DNA of 64,000 bases, from the IMG/VR virus record IMGVR_UViG_2627853766_000003; one strand, given 5' to 3'. The notes beneath the pieces are model-generated. The model saw only the letters and a list, made by a program, of their open reading frames with translations, had not been told where the DNA came from and did not search any database. The DNA is from a virus. Lineage: Duplodnaviria > Caudoviricetes. The stretch's first letter is position 1. Each line of letters opens with the position of its first letter. The position numbers and the translations under genes were made by a program. Shown here one piece after another: positions 29,932-38,445 of this stretch.

Positions 29932-30153
29932 TCACTTCACCAGCAGCTTGCGGTCAATCTCCGAGATCGGGATCATGCCCAAGCCATTGAGGGATAGCCG
30001 GCCTTCGCGCACCATGCGGCCGACGGTCTGCGCGCTGATGCCTAGCATCTGCGCCGCCTGAACCTGCGTGACCTGCGAAGGCCGTGGATGCCGCTCTGCG
30101 TAGATTTGAGCGCCCCGTGCAGCGCATTCTATCAAGGTTTGTTGGTCGGTCAT
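29932..30153 (-). CDS. Excisionase-like HTH protein
   Basis: VTQVQAAQMLGISAQTVGRMVREGRL; last gene of the leftward operon next to att. Confidence 0.7.
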   Translation of the reverse strand: MTDQQTLIECAARGAQIYAERHPRPSQVTQVQAAQMLGISAQTVGRMVREGRLSLNGLGMIPISEIDRKLLVK

Positions 30154-30154
30154 T

Positions 30155-30760
30155 TTACTCTCCGTCAATGCGTTTAAATTCCACCACCCACACCCAAGGA
30201 TTCGCCATCCAGTCGCCACCAGTTGATTCCCATAAGTCGCACCATTGGTTTTGAAGATCTTTCTCGGCGTCATGCTCGCGCAATGTCGTAGACAAACCTT
30301 CGGCAATGATGTCTTCGGTATTGATGCTCTGCAGACGCTCGACGCGCACCGCGGTGATTTCCAGCAGGATCCGGCTGCAATCGCGCGGCATGTGGATTGA
30401 CGGGATCCGTCCGAACTTGCGCGCCCATGGCCGAGCCTCTGCTGGCTGGTATTCCTTGCCGCGCCATTCGTCGTCGTAGACCACGCATGGCTGATCGCCG
30501 AAGCCTGGTAAGTCGCAGCCCCAGAAAGACTCGCGTACCCAGAGTCGGTCGCCTGGCTGGCCGTAAGGGCAGTGAATTGCGATATCTTGCAGTTTCGGCA
30601 GCAGTAGCCCGTCGAGTGGACGGCGAAGCCATTCGCCAGTCAGGTTACCGGCACTCGATACTGCCGGCTGCGGCTTCACGATCCGGCGCGTCTGGGTCTT
30701 GTCGCCGGCGAGCAGCGCGCGCACCATGGCGCCGGTAAATAAGATTGGGCGTTCTTTCAT
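30155..30760 (-). CDS. ASCH/PUA-like conserved phage protein
   Basis: MKERPILF...MVRALLAG.KTQTRR...CPYG.PGDRLWVRE...PSIHMPR..SRI.LEI..VRVERLQ...NPWVWVVEF. Confidence 0.85.
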   Translation of the reverse strand: MKERPILFTGAMVRALLAGDKTQTRRIVKPQPAVSSAGNLTGEWLRRPLDGLLLPKLQDIAIHCPYGQPGDRLWVRESFWGCDLPGFGDQPCVVYDDEWRGKEYQPAEARPWARKFGRIPSIHMPRDCSRILLEITAVRVERLQSINTEDIIAEGLSTTLREHDAEKDLQNQWCDLWESTGGDWMANPWVWVVEFKRIDGE

Positions 30761-30870
30761 CGCGCTCTCCATTGTTCAATAAAATTCTTCGATACCGAGC
30801 GCCAAGGACACTCCGCTGGCCGATGCCCTGTGCGCCCGCAGAGGGTGCAGATGTCGTCATGGTCGCTCAT
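30757..30870 (-). CDS. 37-aa CCHC zinc-knuckle microprotein (not in ORF track)
   Basis: MSDHDDICTLCGRTGHRPAECPWRSVSKNFIEQWRAR*, with ATGA overlaps to both neighbours. Confidence 0.75.
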   Translation of the reverse strand: MSDHDDICTLCGRTGHRPAECPWRSVSKNFIEQWRAR

Positions 30871-31319
30871 GATGTGCTCCGATTCTCGATCTGCAATAGG
30901 CCGGCGTCTATTACGTGCTCGACTACCGTTTTCCCGTTTTGCAGCATGATCTGACCAAGAAAGGCACCTTCGAAGCTCAGCACACCGGTTTCTATAGCCA
31001 TGATCTGGCCTTTGATCCAGTCACGCAGGATGCTGCAGACACTGATTTCGGCCTGCGCAAGGGCTTTCTTTTCATGATCGGTCTTCGAGCTGCGTGTGCG
31101 CTGGCCGTATGGATGCTCCCGCAACCAGGCCGCAGCGTAGCCGCGATAGCTGGCGCGTGCAGTGACATCCCGGCCGCGATGGCTGAATTGCACTAGAAGC
31201 TCACCCGCTTCGCTGTCGGTCATGGTGCCGAATCTGCTGCAGCCGAACTTCATTAGTAACTTGCGGATTTCCTCCAGTGCTGTGCCGCCGCTGGTCGCAT
31301 TTTCGTATGGCAGGCTCAT
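30867..31319 (-). CDS. Conserved phage hypothetical protein
   Basis: MSLPYENATSG..ALEEIRKLL.KFGC...ILRDWIKGQ.MAIETG..SFE.AFL. Confidence 0.8.
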   Translation of the reverse strand: MSLPYENATSGGTALEEIRKLLMKFGCSRFGTMTDSEAGELLVQFSHRGRDVTARASYRGYAAAWLREHPYGQRTRSSKTDHEKKALAQAEISVCSILRDWIKGQIMAIETGVLSFEGAFLGQIMLQNGKTVVEHVIDAGLLQIENRSTS

Positions 31320-31525
31320 GACTTTGGCTCCCAATATTTGCCATCTTTCCCGCATTGTTCTTCCCAGGCACGGTCTTGATCTGTCCAGCGCCTATTTATT
31401 TTTCCAGAGACAGGATCAATCCCGACGCTTGGGCGCCGGCAGAGCGGGGCATAGCCAAGGATGAAATTCAAAAGATTGAAGTGCTTGTGTTTACAAGTTG
31501 CGCAAATCTTGATGGCTTCGCTCAT
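31316..31525 (-). CDS. Small Cys-containing hypothetical protein
   Basis: CATCKH...C...CG.DG.YWEPK; coupled overlaps. Confidence 0.7.
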   Translation of the reverse strand: MSEAIKICATCKHKHFNLLNFILGYAPLCRRPSVGIDPVSGKINRRWTDQDRAWEEQCGKDGKYWEPKS

Positions 31526-31725
31526 GATTTTCCCTCCGACTTCTGAAAAACTTCTTCAAGCATCTGATGCGCTGCCTTTTCCATATCCGGAGCGATGCAG
31601 TAGGCGATGATTTTGCGGCATTCATCGCGCCAAATTTGGTTCTGTAGTGAATTCCACTCGGCGCGGATTTCTCGCGTCTGTTCGGGCGTGTAGCAATTCT
31701 TCATGTCGGTGAATTTCATCGTCAT
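31522..31725 (-). CDS. Hypothetical protein
   Basis: Coupled ORF in the leftward operon. Confidence 0.6.
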   Translation of the reverse strand: MTMKFTDMKNCYTPEQTREIRAEWNSLQNQIWRDECRKIIAYCIAPDMEKAAHQMLEEVFQKSEGKS

Positions 31726-32240
31726 TCCTTCGGAAGAATTGCGTCGATGCGCGCGATGACCTCACGGGCTTCTTCCAAATCGCAAAGTTCGGCTCGACAT
31801 CCCACCTGGCCTAGATATTCCTTGGCGTCCTTCAACAGCTGGATCATCTCATCACTCAGCGCCGGAGCTGCTGGCGGTGGCGGGGCGCTCCGTAGATATT
31901 TCACCGTATCGTCTATGCAAGTAAGAGTCGCAGGTGAAAATTCCCCGTTCACTTTGAGTAGTTTTAGCAGACGTGCGATCTCTTCGCGTTTATTCTCCGC
32001 CACTGGCTCCTGCTGCGGCGCGGCCACCACCCTATATTCAGCACTGGCGTGGCTTTCTGGCTGAATGTCGATAGATTGACCACCAGCCTGCTGCGGCGCG
32101 ACCATTGCGGCGCGAGCTGCCTTCCAAATCTCAAAAGCGTTAGCTGGCACATCGACAAACCACCAGTTAGCTTCTGCCCATACCTCAAACAGCTTCCGCT
32201 CTGCTTCAATATCGATAGCCATAATCACCTCAGAATTCAA
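31722..32240 (-). CDS. Hypothetical protein (modular early-region type)
   Basis: ER..FE.W...WKAARAA...QQEPVA...APPPPAAP..SDE patchwork. Confidence 0.65.
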   Translation of the reverse strand: MNSEVIMAIDIEAERKLFEVWAEANWWFVDVPANAFEIWKAARAAMVAPQQAGGQSIDIQPESHASAEYRVVAAPQQEPVAENKREEIARLLKLLKVNGEFSPATLTCIDDTVKYLRSAPPPPAAPALSDEMIQLLKDAKEYLGQVGCRAELCDLEEAREVIARIDAILPKE

Positions 32241-32327
32241 GAAACATGTATGCGGCCAGCGTCAGGCCGGCGGCGAAGAGAAGCGCGTAGAACGAGTTCT
32301 CGGATAGGGTTTTTAGTTGGCGGGAGG

Positions 32328-33266
32328 TCATATGATTTCCATCACGGTTTCGATAAAGATTTTTGCTTGCTCAGCGTTGATCGCGTTGCCGTAGGCGCGC
32401 AGTCGTCCCACTCTTGCGGTAGCCCCATGAGCCAGCGGGAATGTGCCGGGTTCAACTGGCCGGAATTTTCCATCCCTGCATCCAAGCCAGTCAGCAGCAC
32501 GCCAGTAACCGTTAGTCGGACCGGCTGCGTTTTCAGAAATCCAATATGTGTTTGCGATGCAAGCCCCATGTTGACCTTGCGGCCGCTGGGGTGTCGCCCC
32601 GTCATTGATGTCTCTGGATGTGGGCGTTTTCCCCCATTGCCGTCCGATGAGCACGGGGTGTTCCAACCCGCTAGAGATGCTGCTTCCTGCATCATCATTC
32701 CGCCGGCGTTGCGGGCTTCCCGGTTTTCGGCCGTATCGACCCCTGACTTGTAATCTCGTCGCGTAGGAGTCGGCCACCCAGTACGTTCTGTCTCGGATGT
32801 GCGGCGCACCGACGCCCGCAGACGGAAACGGGACCGCCCCGAAGGGGTAACCCAAGGCTTCCATGTCATCTTGTACAAGGTCGATCCAAGCATCTGCGTC
32901 TTTGCTCGCAACCTGCTCTCCAAGGATGATTGGAGGCTTGCACTCGCTGATGAGGTGATACCAGGCCGGCCAGAGGTGCCGCTCGTCATCAAAGCCAGCT
33001 CCTTTGCCTGCCGCGCTGAAAGGTTGGCAAGGACAGGAACCGGTCCAAACAGGTCGATCGTCGGTCCAGCCGGCGCGCCGAAGGGCGTATGCCCAGACTC
33101 CGACGCCGGCGAAGAAGTGGCATTGTGTGTATCCGCGAATATCTTCTGGTCTAACATCTTCAATGCTCCGTTCATCGACATCACCGGGGGCGATGTGCCC
33201 CCCCCCAATCAGGTTACGCAGCCACTGTGCTGCGTAGGGATCAATTTCGTTGTAGTAGGCGGCCAT
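32328..33266 (-). CDS. C5-cytosine DNA methyltransferase, alpha subunit (M.EcoHK31I-like)
   Basis: Motif I FFAGVG, IV SCPCQPFS, VI EQV, VIII HIRDRTY, X GRLRAYGNAI; motif IX is missing from this frame. Confidence 0.9.
   Translation of the reverse strand: MAAYYNEIDPYAAQWLRNLIGGGHIAPGDVDERSIEDVRPEDIRGYTQCHFFAGVGVWAYALRRAGWTDDRPVWTGSCPCQPFSAAGKGAGFDDERHLWPAWYHLISECKPPIILGEQVASKDADAWIDLVQDDMEALGYPFGAVPFPSAGVGAPHIRDRTYWVADSYATRLQVRGRYGRKPGSPQRRRNDDAGSSISSGLEHPVLIGRQWGKTPTSRDINDGATPQRPQGQHGACIANTYWISENAAGPTNGYWRAADWLGCRDGKFRPVEPGTFPLAHGATARVGRLRAYGNAINAEQAKIFIETVMEII
32342..33208 (-). CDS. C5-MTase beta subunit in a nested alternative frame (true start probably internal)
   Basis: Open for 288 codons inside the alpha gene; WPTP..RD.K and motif IX-like GQLNPAHSRWLMGLP.EW. 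Confidence 0.75.
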   Translation of the reverse strand: MGGGTSPPVMSMNGALKMLDQKIFADTHNATSSPASESGHTPFGAPAGPTIDLFGPVPVLANLSARQAKELALMTSGTSGRPGITSSASASLQSSLESRLRAKTQMLGSTLYKMTWKPWVTPSGRSRFRLRASVRRTSETERTGWPTPTRRDYKSGVDTAENREARNAGGMMMQEAASLAGWNTPCSSDGNGGKRPHPETSMTGRHPSGRKVNMGLASQTHIGFLKTQPVRLTVTGVLLTGLDAGMENSGQLNPAHSRWLMGLPQEWDDCAPTATRSTLSKQKSLSKP

Positions 33267-33272
33267 TGGCGG

Positions 33273-33443
33273 TCACGCTGCCTTGAGATGCTGCGCCACC
33301 TCAACCCGCTCCACCAGCGCAATGATGGCCTCTGGCACCGCAAACAGTTCCAGCTCGGCGACGATCCTGTCGCGCATCTCCTGGGCGCCGAACCTGACGC
33401 CCTCGCGGTTCGCCTGCATGATCTTCTGGGCTTCGGTGGTCAT
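33273..33443 (-). CDS. 56-aa hypothetical protein (not in ORF track)
   Basis: MTTEAQKIMQANREGVRFGAQEMRDRIVAEL...HLKAA*, RBS AAGGA. Confidence 0.65.
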   Translation of the reverse strand: MTTEAQKIMQANREGVRFGAQEMRDRIVAELELFAVPEAIIALVERVEVAQHLKAA

Positions 33444-33599
33444 AATTTTTCCTTAGCAAGTAGGACACGTTCTTTTTCTGCGCGCTGGATAAGAACGCAT
33501 TCAGCGTGGATAGTGCGCCATCCCCCGGCATGTCTCTCAAAGTGCCCGGCACCTTTGGCAACCTGCTGTTGGCAGCGATAGCAAATGCCGGGAAATTTA

Positions 33600-33986
33600 T
33601 TACGCATCGCTGTCTTTGGCGGCCAACCTCGCAGAGGAACTCATGTTCTCGTCCGTAAGTTCTACGCGTCGCGCCCATACCCAATAAGGTCCGTCTTCGG
33701 TGTCTTGAATCCAGATAGTGAACCAACCGTCACCAGCCGGTGACGCTGGTTCCCATGCGCTGATGTCAGGGTTACCATGCTCAAAATAGCTGTCAAATGC
33801 AGGATGGGTGTCATTCTCTCCTTCGAGCATTTTGTACTTGGTGAGTAGTCCTTGGCTATTCAACCAAGCTTTGTATTGAGCATCCTCACCCTCATCAAAA
33901 TCTGGCATGTCTGGGTGTGTCCAGTAGCCGTACCCATCTCGTTTTACTTCTACTGCTTGGATAACTGTCGTCATGCTCATCTCCAT
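33600..33986 (-). CDS. Conserved phage hypothetical protein
   Basis: V.RD.YGYWTHPD...WEP..P.GDGWF...I.DTEDGP...W. Confidence 0.75.
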   Translation of the reverse strand: MEMSMTTVIQAVEVKRDGYGYWTHPDMPDFDEGEDAQYKAWLNSQGLLTKYKMLEGENDTHPAFDSYFEHGNPDISAWEPASPAGDGWFTIWIQDTEDGPYWVWARRVELTDENMSSSARLAAKDSDA

Positions 33987-34001
33987 AAAATTGGTGTTGC
34001 T

Positions 34002-34140
34002 GCCAATGCGACTGCGGTCTGGAATCGAACCAAAGTCTTACGTCTTTCGCTACTCTGGATAGTCGCCGTGGCCTTTGGCGTAGTTTCCATTTCACTACTT
34101 CGCATATGCTCTACCACTGAGCTACCGCATGCGTATTGGC
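34002..34140 (-). ncRNA. tRNA-like RNA with D and T arms, a 73-nt insert in place of the anticodon arm, and no CCA
   Basis: Minus strand TGCGG-TA-GCTCAGTGGTAGAGC...TTTGG-TTCGATT-CCAGA-CCGCA, closed further by GCCAAT/ATTGGC. Confidence 0.7.
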
Positions 34141-34170
34141 TCCGCGCGCACCCGGCGCGGATCGGGGTGG

Positions 34171-34683
34171 TTATTTCGGTAGAAATAGTTCAGCAGTTGT
34201 TGTCGGTGCCGGCGGCTCAATGGTGATCTCGATGTCCTGCTGGATCCGGTCGCAGAGTAGGCCGACCACATCGGTATCCGGGTGCGCGATGATGCGGAAG
34301 CCGGTCACCACGGTGCCGCCGTTCTGTGGGTCGAACACGAACTTGTCGACCTTGCAGTCGTGCAGCACGATGTCGCTATCGCCGCCCAGGCCATAGTCGA
34401 CCGTGACCTTGTAGCCGGTGCCTTCGAAATCCCATTTGATCGCGCCCATCTTTGGAAAGCGTGGCTGTGTCGGCGATTCCGGATCGGCCTGCTCGGCCAG
34501 GTCGGGATCGTCCGGCGCCTTGTAAAGGAAGTCGCGCAGCTCGGCGCTGAACTGTTTCAGGATCTCGCCGCTCAGGTTCGCCCGGATGGACAGGTCGACG
34601 GCAATCTGATGCTCGTCGCCGTGCAGTTCTGCGCGCGGATTGACATTAGTCAGGCCGACCTGCGTTTTCGTCAATTCAAACAT
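34171..34683 (-). CDS. Conserved phage hypothetical protein
   Basis: NVNPRAELHGDE..IAVDL...DYGLGG; 170 aa with good codon usage. Confidence 0.8.
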   Translation of the reverse strand: MFELTKTQVGLTNVNPRAELHGDEHQIAVDLSIRANLSGEILKQFSAELRDFLYKAPDDPDLAEQADPESPTQPRFPKMGAIKWDFEGTGYKVTVDYGLGGDSDIVLHDCKVDKFVFDPQNGGTVVTGFRIIAHPDTDVVGLLCDRIQQDIEITIEPPAPTTTAELFLPK

Positions 34684-34906
34684 GGTGTTCCTTTCTGGTC
34701 ATAAATTCAAAGTAGGGCCTACGGATAAACTGGTGGAACCTGGTGGCAGCGCTCTCGTCGCGGTCGATATCTCCGCGCGAGGTTACATGGCAGATCGAGC
34801 GCACTGCCCGGGTGGCTTCGACCTCGCTGTCGACGTGCAGAAATGCCTGGAAATCGGGCTCGCGGCAGCGGAGGGCGAGCCAGGTCGATAAACGTTGGGC
34901 GGTCAT
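34676..34906 (-). CDS. Hypothetical protein
   Basis: C.EP.FQ.FL....E..A...VR.IC.V.SR..ID; coupled overlaps. Confidence 0.7.
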   Translation of the reverse strand: MTAQRLSTWLALRCREPDFQAFLHVDSEVEATRAVRSICHVTSRGDIDRDESAATRFHQFIRRPYFEFMTRKEHHV

Positions 34907-35532
34907 TGCACTACCTCATATTTTTCAAGCAAGCGCGCCACGTTATCGTTTATTTCCTTGATTGCGCTGACGATGTGCGCTTCCATGGCATCGATAAATT
35001 TCTGGTCGCGCTCGATGCGCTGAATGTAGAGCTTCATTCCTTCGGGGAAGGCCGGATGCCAGGAAACAAAATCCCACCACTGGCGACCGGTCACGAACAT
35101 ACCGCCTTGGCACTGGGCCATATGATCGGCAGGCATGCCGTAGAGCAGCGTGGCCATGTGAACCGCTGGCGTGTATGGCGACTTCGCCTCAAAGCCGCCA
35201 TCGGCGTCTATCAGGCCATCCGGCGATGCGCCACATTGCAAGATGGTAGGGTGGTCAATGAATCCGACTTCTTCAACGAATGCGCCTGTAGCTGTTTCGT
35301 ATGCCATGCGCGCGAACGGCTCTTGCTCATTGCCCCAATCAGTAGCCTTGCTGGTCCACATTGGTCCAGGCTGGCCGGTCAACAATTCAAGCGTGATTTC
35401 AGTGATCGCAGTCTCGCGCGATTTTAGAAAATTACCATTCTTGCCCATGGCAATGACATCACCAAAACGCGATCCGGTGACCTTGCCAAGCCTGCTCAAG
35501 AACCATTCTTCGTTTTGTTGAGTGCGTTCCAT
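34903..35532 (-). CDS. YqaJ / lambda-exonuclease family protein
   Basis: EW...RLGKVTGS, WG.E.EP.AR..YE, GASPDGL, EAKSP, Q.QG.M.VTGR.WWDFVS. Confidence 0.92.
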   Translation of the reverse strand: MERTQQNEEWFLSRLGKVTGSRFGDVIAMGKNGNFLKSRETAITEITLELLTGQPGPMWTSKATDWGNEQEPFARMAYETATGAFVEEVGFIDHPTILQCGASPDGLIDADGGFEAKSPYTPAVHMATLLYGMPADHMAQCQGGMFVTGRQWWDFVSWHPAFPEGMKLYIQRIERDQKFIDAMEAHIVSAIKEINDNVARLLEKYEVVQ

Positions 35533-35534
35533 GA

Positions 35535-36524
35535 TCAGTCGCCGCCTTGAACATAGCCGCCGGCTTCATCCATAGCCGCCACGAAGTCAGGATCAGCCGC
35601 AGGAGCTGCGCTGGTGGTGCTAGCTGGCATATCTACAGTCCGAGCTTCGTCGGCGCTGCGTAGGGCCGCACGATGCCGCGCAACGGCTTCTTTCAGCTTG
35701 GTATGGTCGGCAGGCTGCTTACCGAGCTTGGCATTGTTGGATTTCCAGTAGGCGAGAGCGTCGGCATCGGTCTTGGTGCGCGTGGCCTCAACTATCATCG
35801 GCTCGACGTCAATCCAGTTCGCGCCGCGCTCCTGGGCATTGAAGTCGATACCTTCGCCGCTCTCGGTGTTGAGCATGTGAATGGCTTGCGCCAGGCGTTC
35901 GGTCTTCGGCCACATCTTGTAGGCCCTTTTGATGACCGTCTTCTTTGCCATCTCGTTGTAGTCGGTCTTCCAAGGTCCAGAACCCTTCTTGCCGGATTCG
36001 GAACGCTGCTTGATGGCATCGACCTCGGCCAGGGTCATGGTGGTGGTCAGGTAGTCGCCGATGTTCGTCTTGACGACCACATACACGCCGACCATATCGC
36101 CGCGGTCCATGCCGAACGGATCATAGGCATGCTCTGGCTCTTTATCGAAGCCGTTCAACGTGAAACGGTCACTCGAATAAACCACCTCGGACCGGCCCCA
36201 CATGATCGAGCCGGAATCGATAGCCAGGTCGAGCAAGCCCATATAGCTGATGTCGAGGCAAATCTTGCCCCCGCGCGGCACCAGATATGCCTGCTTCTTC
36301 GCTGGGTTCAAGCTGATCCCGATGGCGGCAATGTTCGTCACGGCGTCGACAACGGACTGGCGATTCTTGGCCGCCGTGCTGAGCGCATAATCGTTGCCAC
36401 CCAATACCTGAATGGCGAAACCGGCTTCACGTTCGAAATTGAGCGACTTGTCGGCCAGCACCGTCGAGAACTTGTCCCGAGTGCCGTAGATGTCTTCCGT
36501 GATAAGTGTAAGTGCGTTTGACAT
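35535..36524 (-). CDS. recT: RecT-family ssDNA annealing protein
   Basis: GISLNPAKKQAYLVP, ISYMGL..LA..SG, PWKTDYNEMAKKTVIKRA.K.WP. Confidence 0.92.
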   Translation of the reverse strand: MSNALTLITEDIYGTRDKFSTVLADKSLNFEREAGFAIQVLGGNDYALSTAAKNRQSVVDAVTNIAAIGISLNPAKKQAYLVPRGGKICLDISYMGLLDLAIDSGSIMWGRSEVVYSSDRFTLNGFDKEPEHAYDPFGMDRGDMVGVYVVVKTNIGDYLTTTMTLAEVDAIKQRSESGKKGSGPWKTDYNEMAKKTVIKRAYKMWPKTERLAQAIHMLNTESGEGIDFNAQERGANWIDVEPMIVEATRTKTDADALAYWKSNNAKLGKQPADHTKLKEAVARHRAALRSADEARTVDMPASTTSAAPAADPDFVAAMDEAGGYVQGGD

Positions 36525-36538
36525 GATTTTCCTGTGGG

Positions 36539-36838
36539 TCAGTTAATTTGTGGGCGGCGCAGCTCGCCCTTGCAAGCGCGCTCAAATGCGATCTTGGAAT
36601 CTTCCGGCCAGCCATCGGCTTGACAGAGATGCGCCACCTGCCGCTGGACATCAATCTCTTCGGCGGTCGGCGCGGCGTAGTCACCCGCATTCGTGCAAAC
36701 AGCATTCGCAAAGCCGATGCCGGTGATGACGGCCATGGCGCAGAGGAAGTCACGTATCTTAAGAAACCTGCTTGACGTGATCTTGTGGCCGAAAATAGCG
36801 ACGTAATCTTCGCCGTAGGTTTCTTCGTAGTTTTTCAT
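36539..36838 (-). CDS. Hypothetical single-TM protein
   Basis: 99 aa with hydrophobic segment FLCAMAVITGIGFANAV. Confidence 0.6.
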   Translation of the reverse strand: MKNYEETYGEDYVAIFGHKITSSRFLKIRDFLCAMAVITGIGFANAVCTNAGDYAAPTAEEIDVQRQVAHLCQADGWPEDSKIAFERACKGELRRPQIN

Positions 36839-36847
36839 GATCTATTC

Positions 36848-36997
36848 CTATTTCGCGTTCAAAAACATCTTCATCTGCCGCAGGACTTGGCTCGTCTCGC
36901 TGCGCACTACATCGTCCGGCTTCGGCGCATCTTTCGGCCGGCGCGCTATCTTCATCGCTATGCGCTTCGAGAGCAGGCGGTGGGAAGTGTTGGTCAT
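36848..36997 (-). CDS. Small basic hypothetical protein
   Basis: MTNTSHRLLSKRIAMK..., start in ATGA overlap with the upstream stop. Confidence 0.5.
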   Translation of the reverse strand: MTNTSHRLLSKRIAMKIARRPKDAPKPDDVVRSETSQVLRQMKMFLNAK

Positions 36998-37377
36998 GGA
37001 TGGATCCCGATTGGTGCTTTCGGCAATGGCATCCAATAAGTAACATGCGAAAATTTTCTCAATGGATGTCCACTAGAAAGCTGCCCTTGCTGCCAGTCCG
37101 CATATCCTTCACTGTCAATGCTTCGTAGACTGGCGGCAGTAATAATAGTCACTGGAATAGTCTGCTGATCGAACCAGTCGCCAGTGCGAAGGTCGATAAA
37201 AACTGCGCACCATTCTCCAATCTTGGGGAGGCGGTCATCAACGCTAACCCAACCATCCGAATCGCACGAATTTTCATCAATTCCAAAGAGGTCAGCATCG
37301 CGCTTCATCTCCGCAAACTCAGCAGCCTCGACGCCAAGGGCCGCGTAGTGCACTAACTGCTCGGGGGTGGCGGTCAT
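36994..37377 (-). CDS. DUF551-domain phage protein
   Basis: WVSVDDRLP...VTYWMPLPKAP. Confidence 0.8.
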   Translation of the reverse strand: MTATPEQLVHYAALGVEAAEFAEMKRDADLFGIDENSCDSDGWVSVDDRLPKIGEWCAVFIDLRTGDWFDQQTIPVTIITAASLRSIDSEGYADWQQGQLSSGHPLRKFSHVTYWMPLPKAPIGIHP

Positions 37378-37937
37378 GCTGCCTCCGCTTTGGCGAGGGC
37401 GGCGCGGACTTTAGCTCTTGCCATAAATTGTTTGAGCGCTTGTTTTGATACCCCATATTGAGCACTCACAAAACTAAGAGATTGACCGCTTGCAATGCGC
37501 ACCTCTATTTCAGGAATATCTGAATGAGGAATAATTGACTTGCCTTCACACCCAGCAGACCAAGTATTCAGGCGACCATTGCGACGGCCATTTTCAATGC
37601 AAATTTCTGGCTTGGTTTGCGATGTATGACGTCCTTTACGGACTGCATCTTGCTGGTTATCTTTGTGCGTTCCGAGAAACAAGTGGCTTGGATTGACGCA
37701 CACCCCAATATCGCAGGTATGGCAGACAAGGAAACCTTCTGGGATTGGGCCTTTAAAAAGCTCATAAGAAACTCGATAAGCCAATCGCGAAGTTGCCTTG
37801 TCGCGTATTTGTGGCCGCTCATCTCCATTTCTTCCGCGCTTTACTGAGCCGATCCAAATCCAGCAACCAGCGATAGGAACTGGAGTCCATTTGGCGTTAA
37901 AACGATCAGTCAATGACGTGTACTGATTACTCATCAC
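37374..37937 (-). CDS. HNH homing endonuclease
   Basis: CWIW.G...AYRVSYELFKGPIPEG..VCHTCD...CVNPSHLFLGT.KDN..D..RKGR. Confidence 0.9.
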   Translation of the reverse strand: MMSNQYTSLTDRFNAKWTPVPIAGCWIWIGSVKRGRNGDERPQIRDKATSRLAYRVSYELFKGPIPEGFLVCHTCDIGVCVNPSHLFLGTHKDNQQDAVRKGRHTSQTKPEICIENGRRNGRLNTWSAGCEGKSIIPHSDIPEIEVRIASGQSLSFVSAQYGVSKQALKQFMARAKVRAALAKAEAA

Positions 37938-37965
37938 ATCTCCTTAGAATTAGTTGCTGATTTAT

Positions 37966-38175
37966 TTAATCGATTGCGGAAACAGTCCAGCAAAACGATT
38001 CCCAGCGATGCACTGTTGGATAGCGGTCACTCAGCAACTTGATGTAGCGAATTTCTCGATTGCCTGGAGCAATAGCTTCTGCATCGGCCGGCTGATCTGG
38101 CCAGCATTCGTCATACCGAAGCATGTCGATAGGAAAGTCGCCAGAACCCTTAACCGTGTAGATGTGCTTTGCCAT
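37966..38175 (-). CDS. Hypothetical protein, first gene of the PL operon
   Basis: YTVKGSGDFPIDMLRYDECWP...RWESFCW; RBS AAGGA. Confidence 0.75.
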   Translation of the reverse strand: MAKHIYTVKGSGDFPIDMLRYDECWPDQPADAEAIAPGNREIRYIKLLSDRYPTVHRWESFCWTVSAID

Positions 38176-38306
38176 TTCGATTTCCTTGTTGAATTAGGGG
38201 GCCGGACCACCGTGGATAATTCCGGCACTTCGTTTCTGCTGCCGCAGCCGATGAAGGAAACACCCAACTCTCACAACACATGGCCTACGCGGTACTTGGT
38301 ATCGAA

Positions 38307-38368
38307 TAAGGCGCTTCCTTAGTTCGTATAGTAGGCAATACCTTAGTCCGTGTCAAGGCATTGCCTTA
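38307..38368 (-). promoter_or_regulatory. PL promoter with three operators (TAAGG-N5-CCTTA)
   Basis: Operators at 38307, 38331 and 38354; minus-strand TTGACA (38356-51), 17 nt, TACTAT (38333-28). Confidence 0.85.
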
Positions 38369-38445
38369 ATTATTTATTTTAAATAAGGTGGAGGGATAGA
38401 AAACTATCTGGAACAGCAGGAAGGATAGGGAAGTATGCGGATAAC

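Noticed and set aside
34013-34129. Functional tRNA, tmRNA or intron-containing tRNA
   Set aside because: No 7-nt anticodon loop, only 5 contiguous acceptor pairs, no CCA; the insert is too short for a self-splicing intron or tmRNA.
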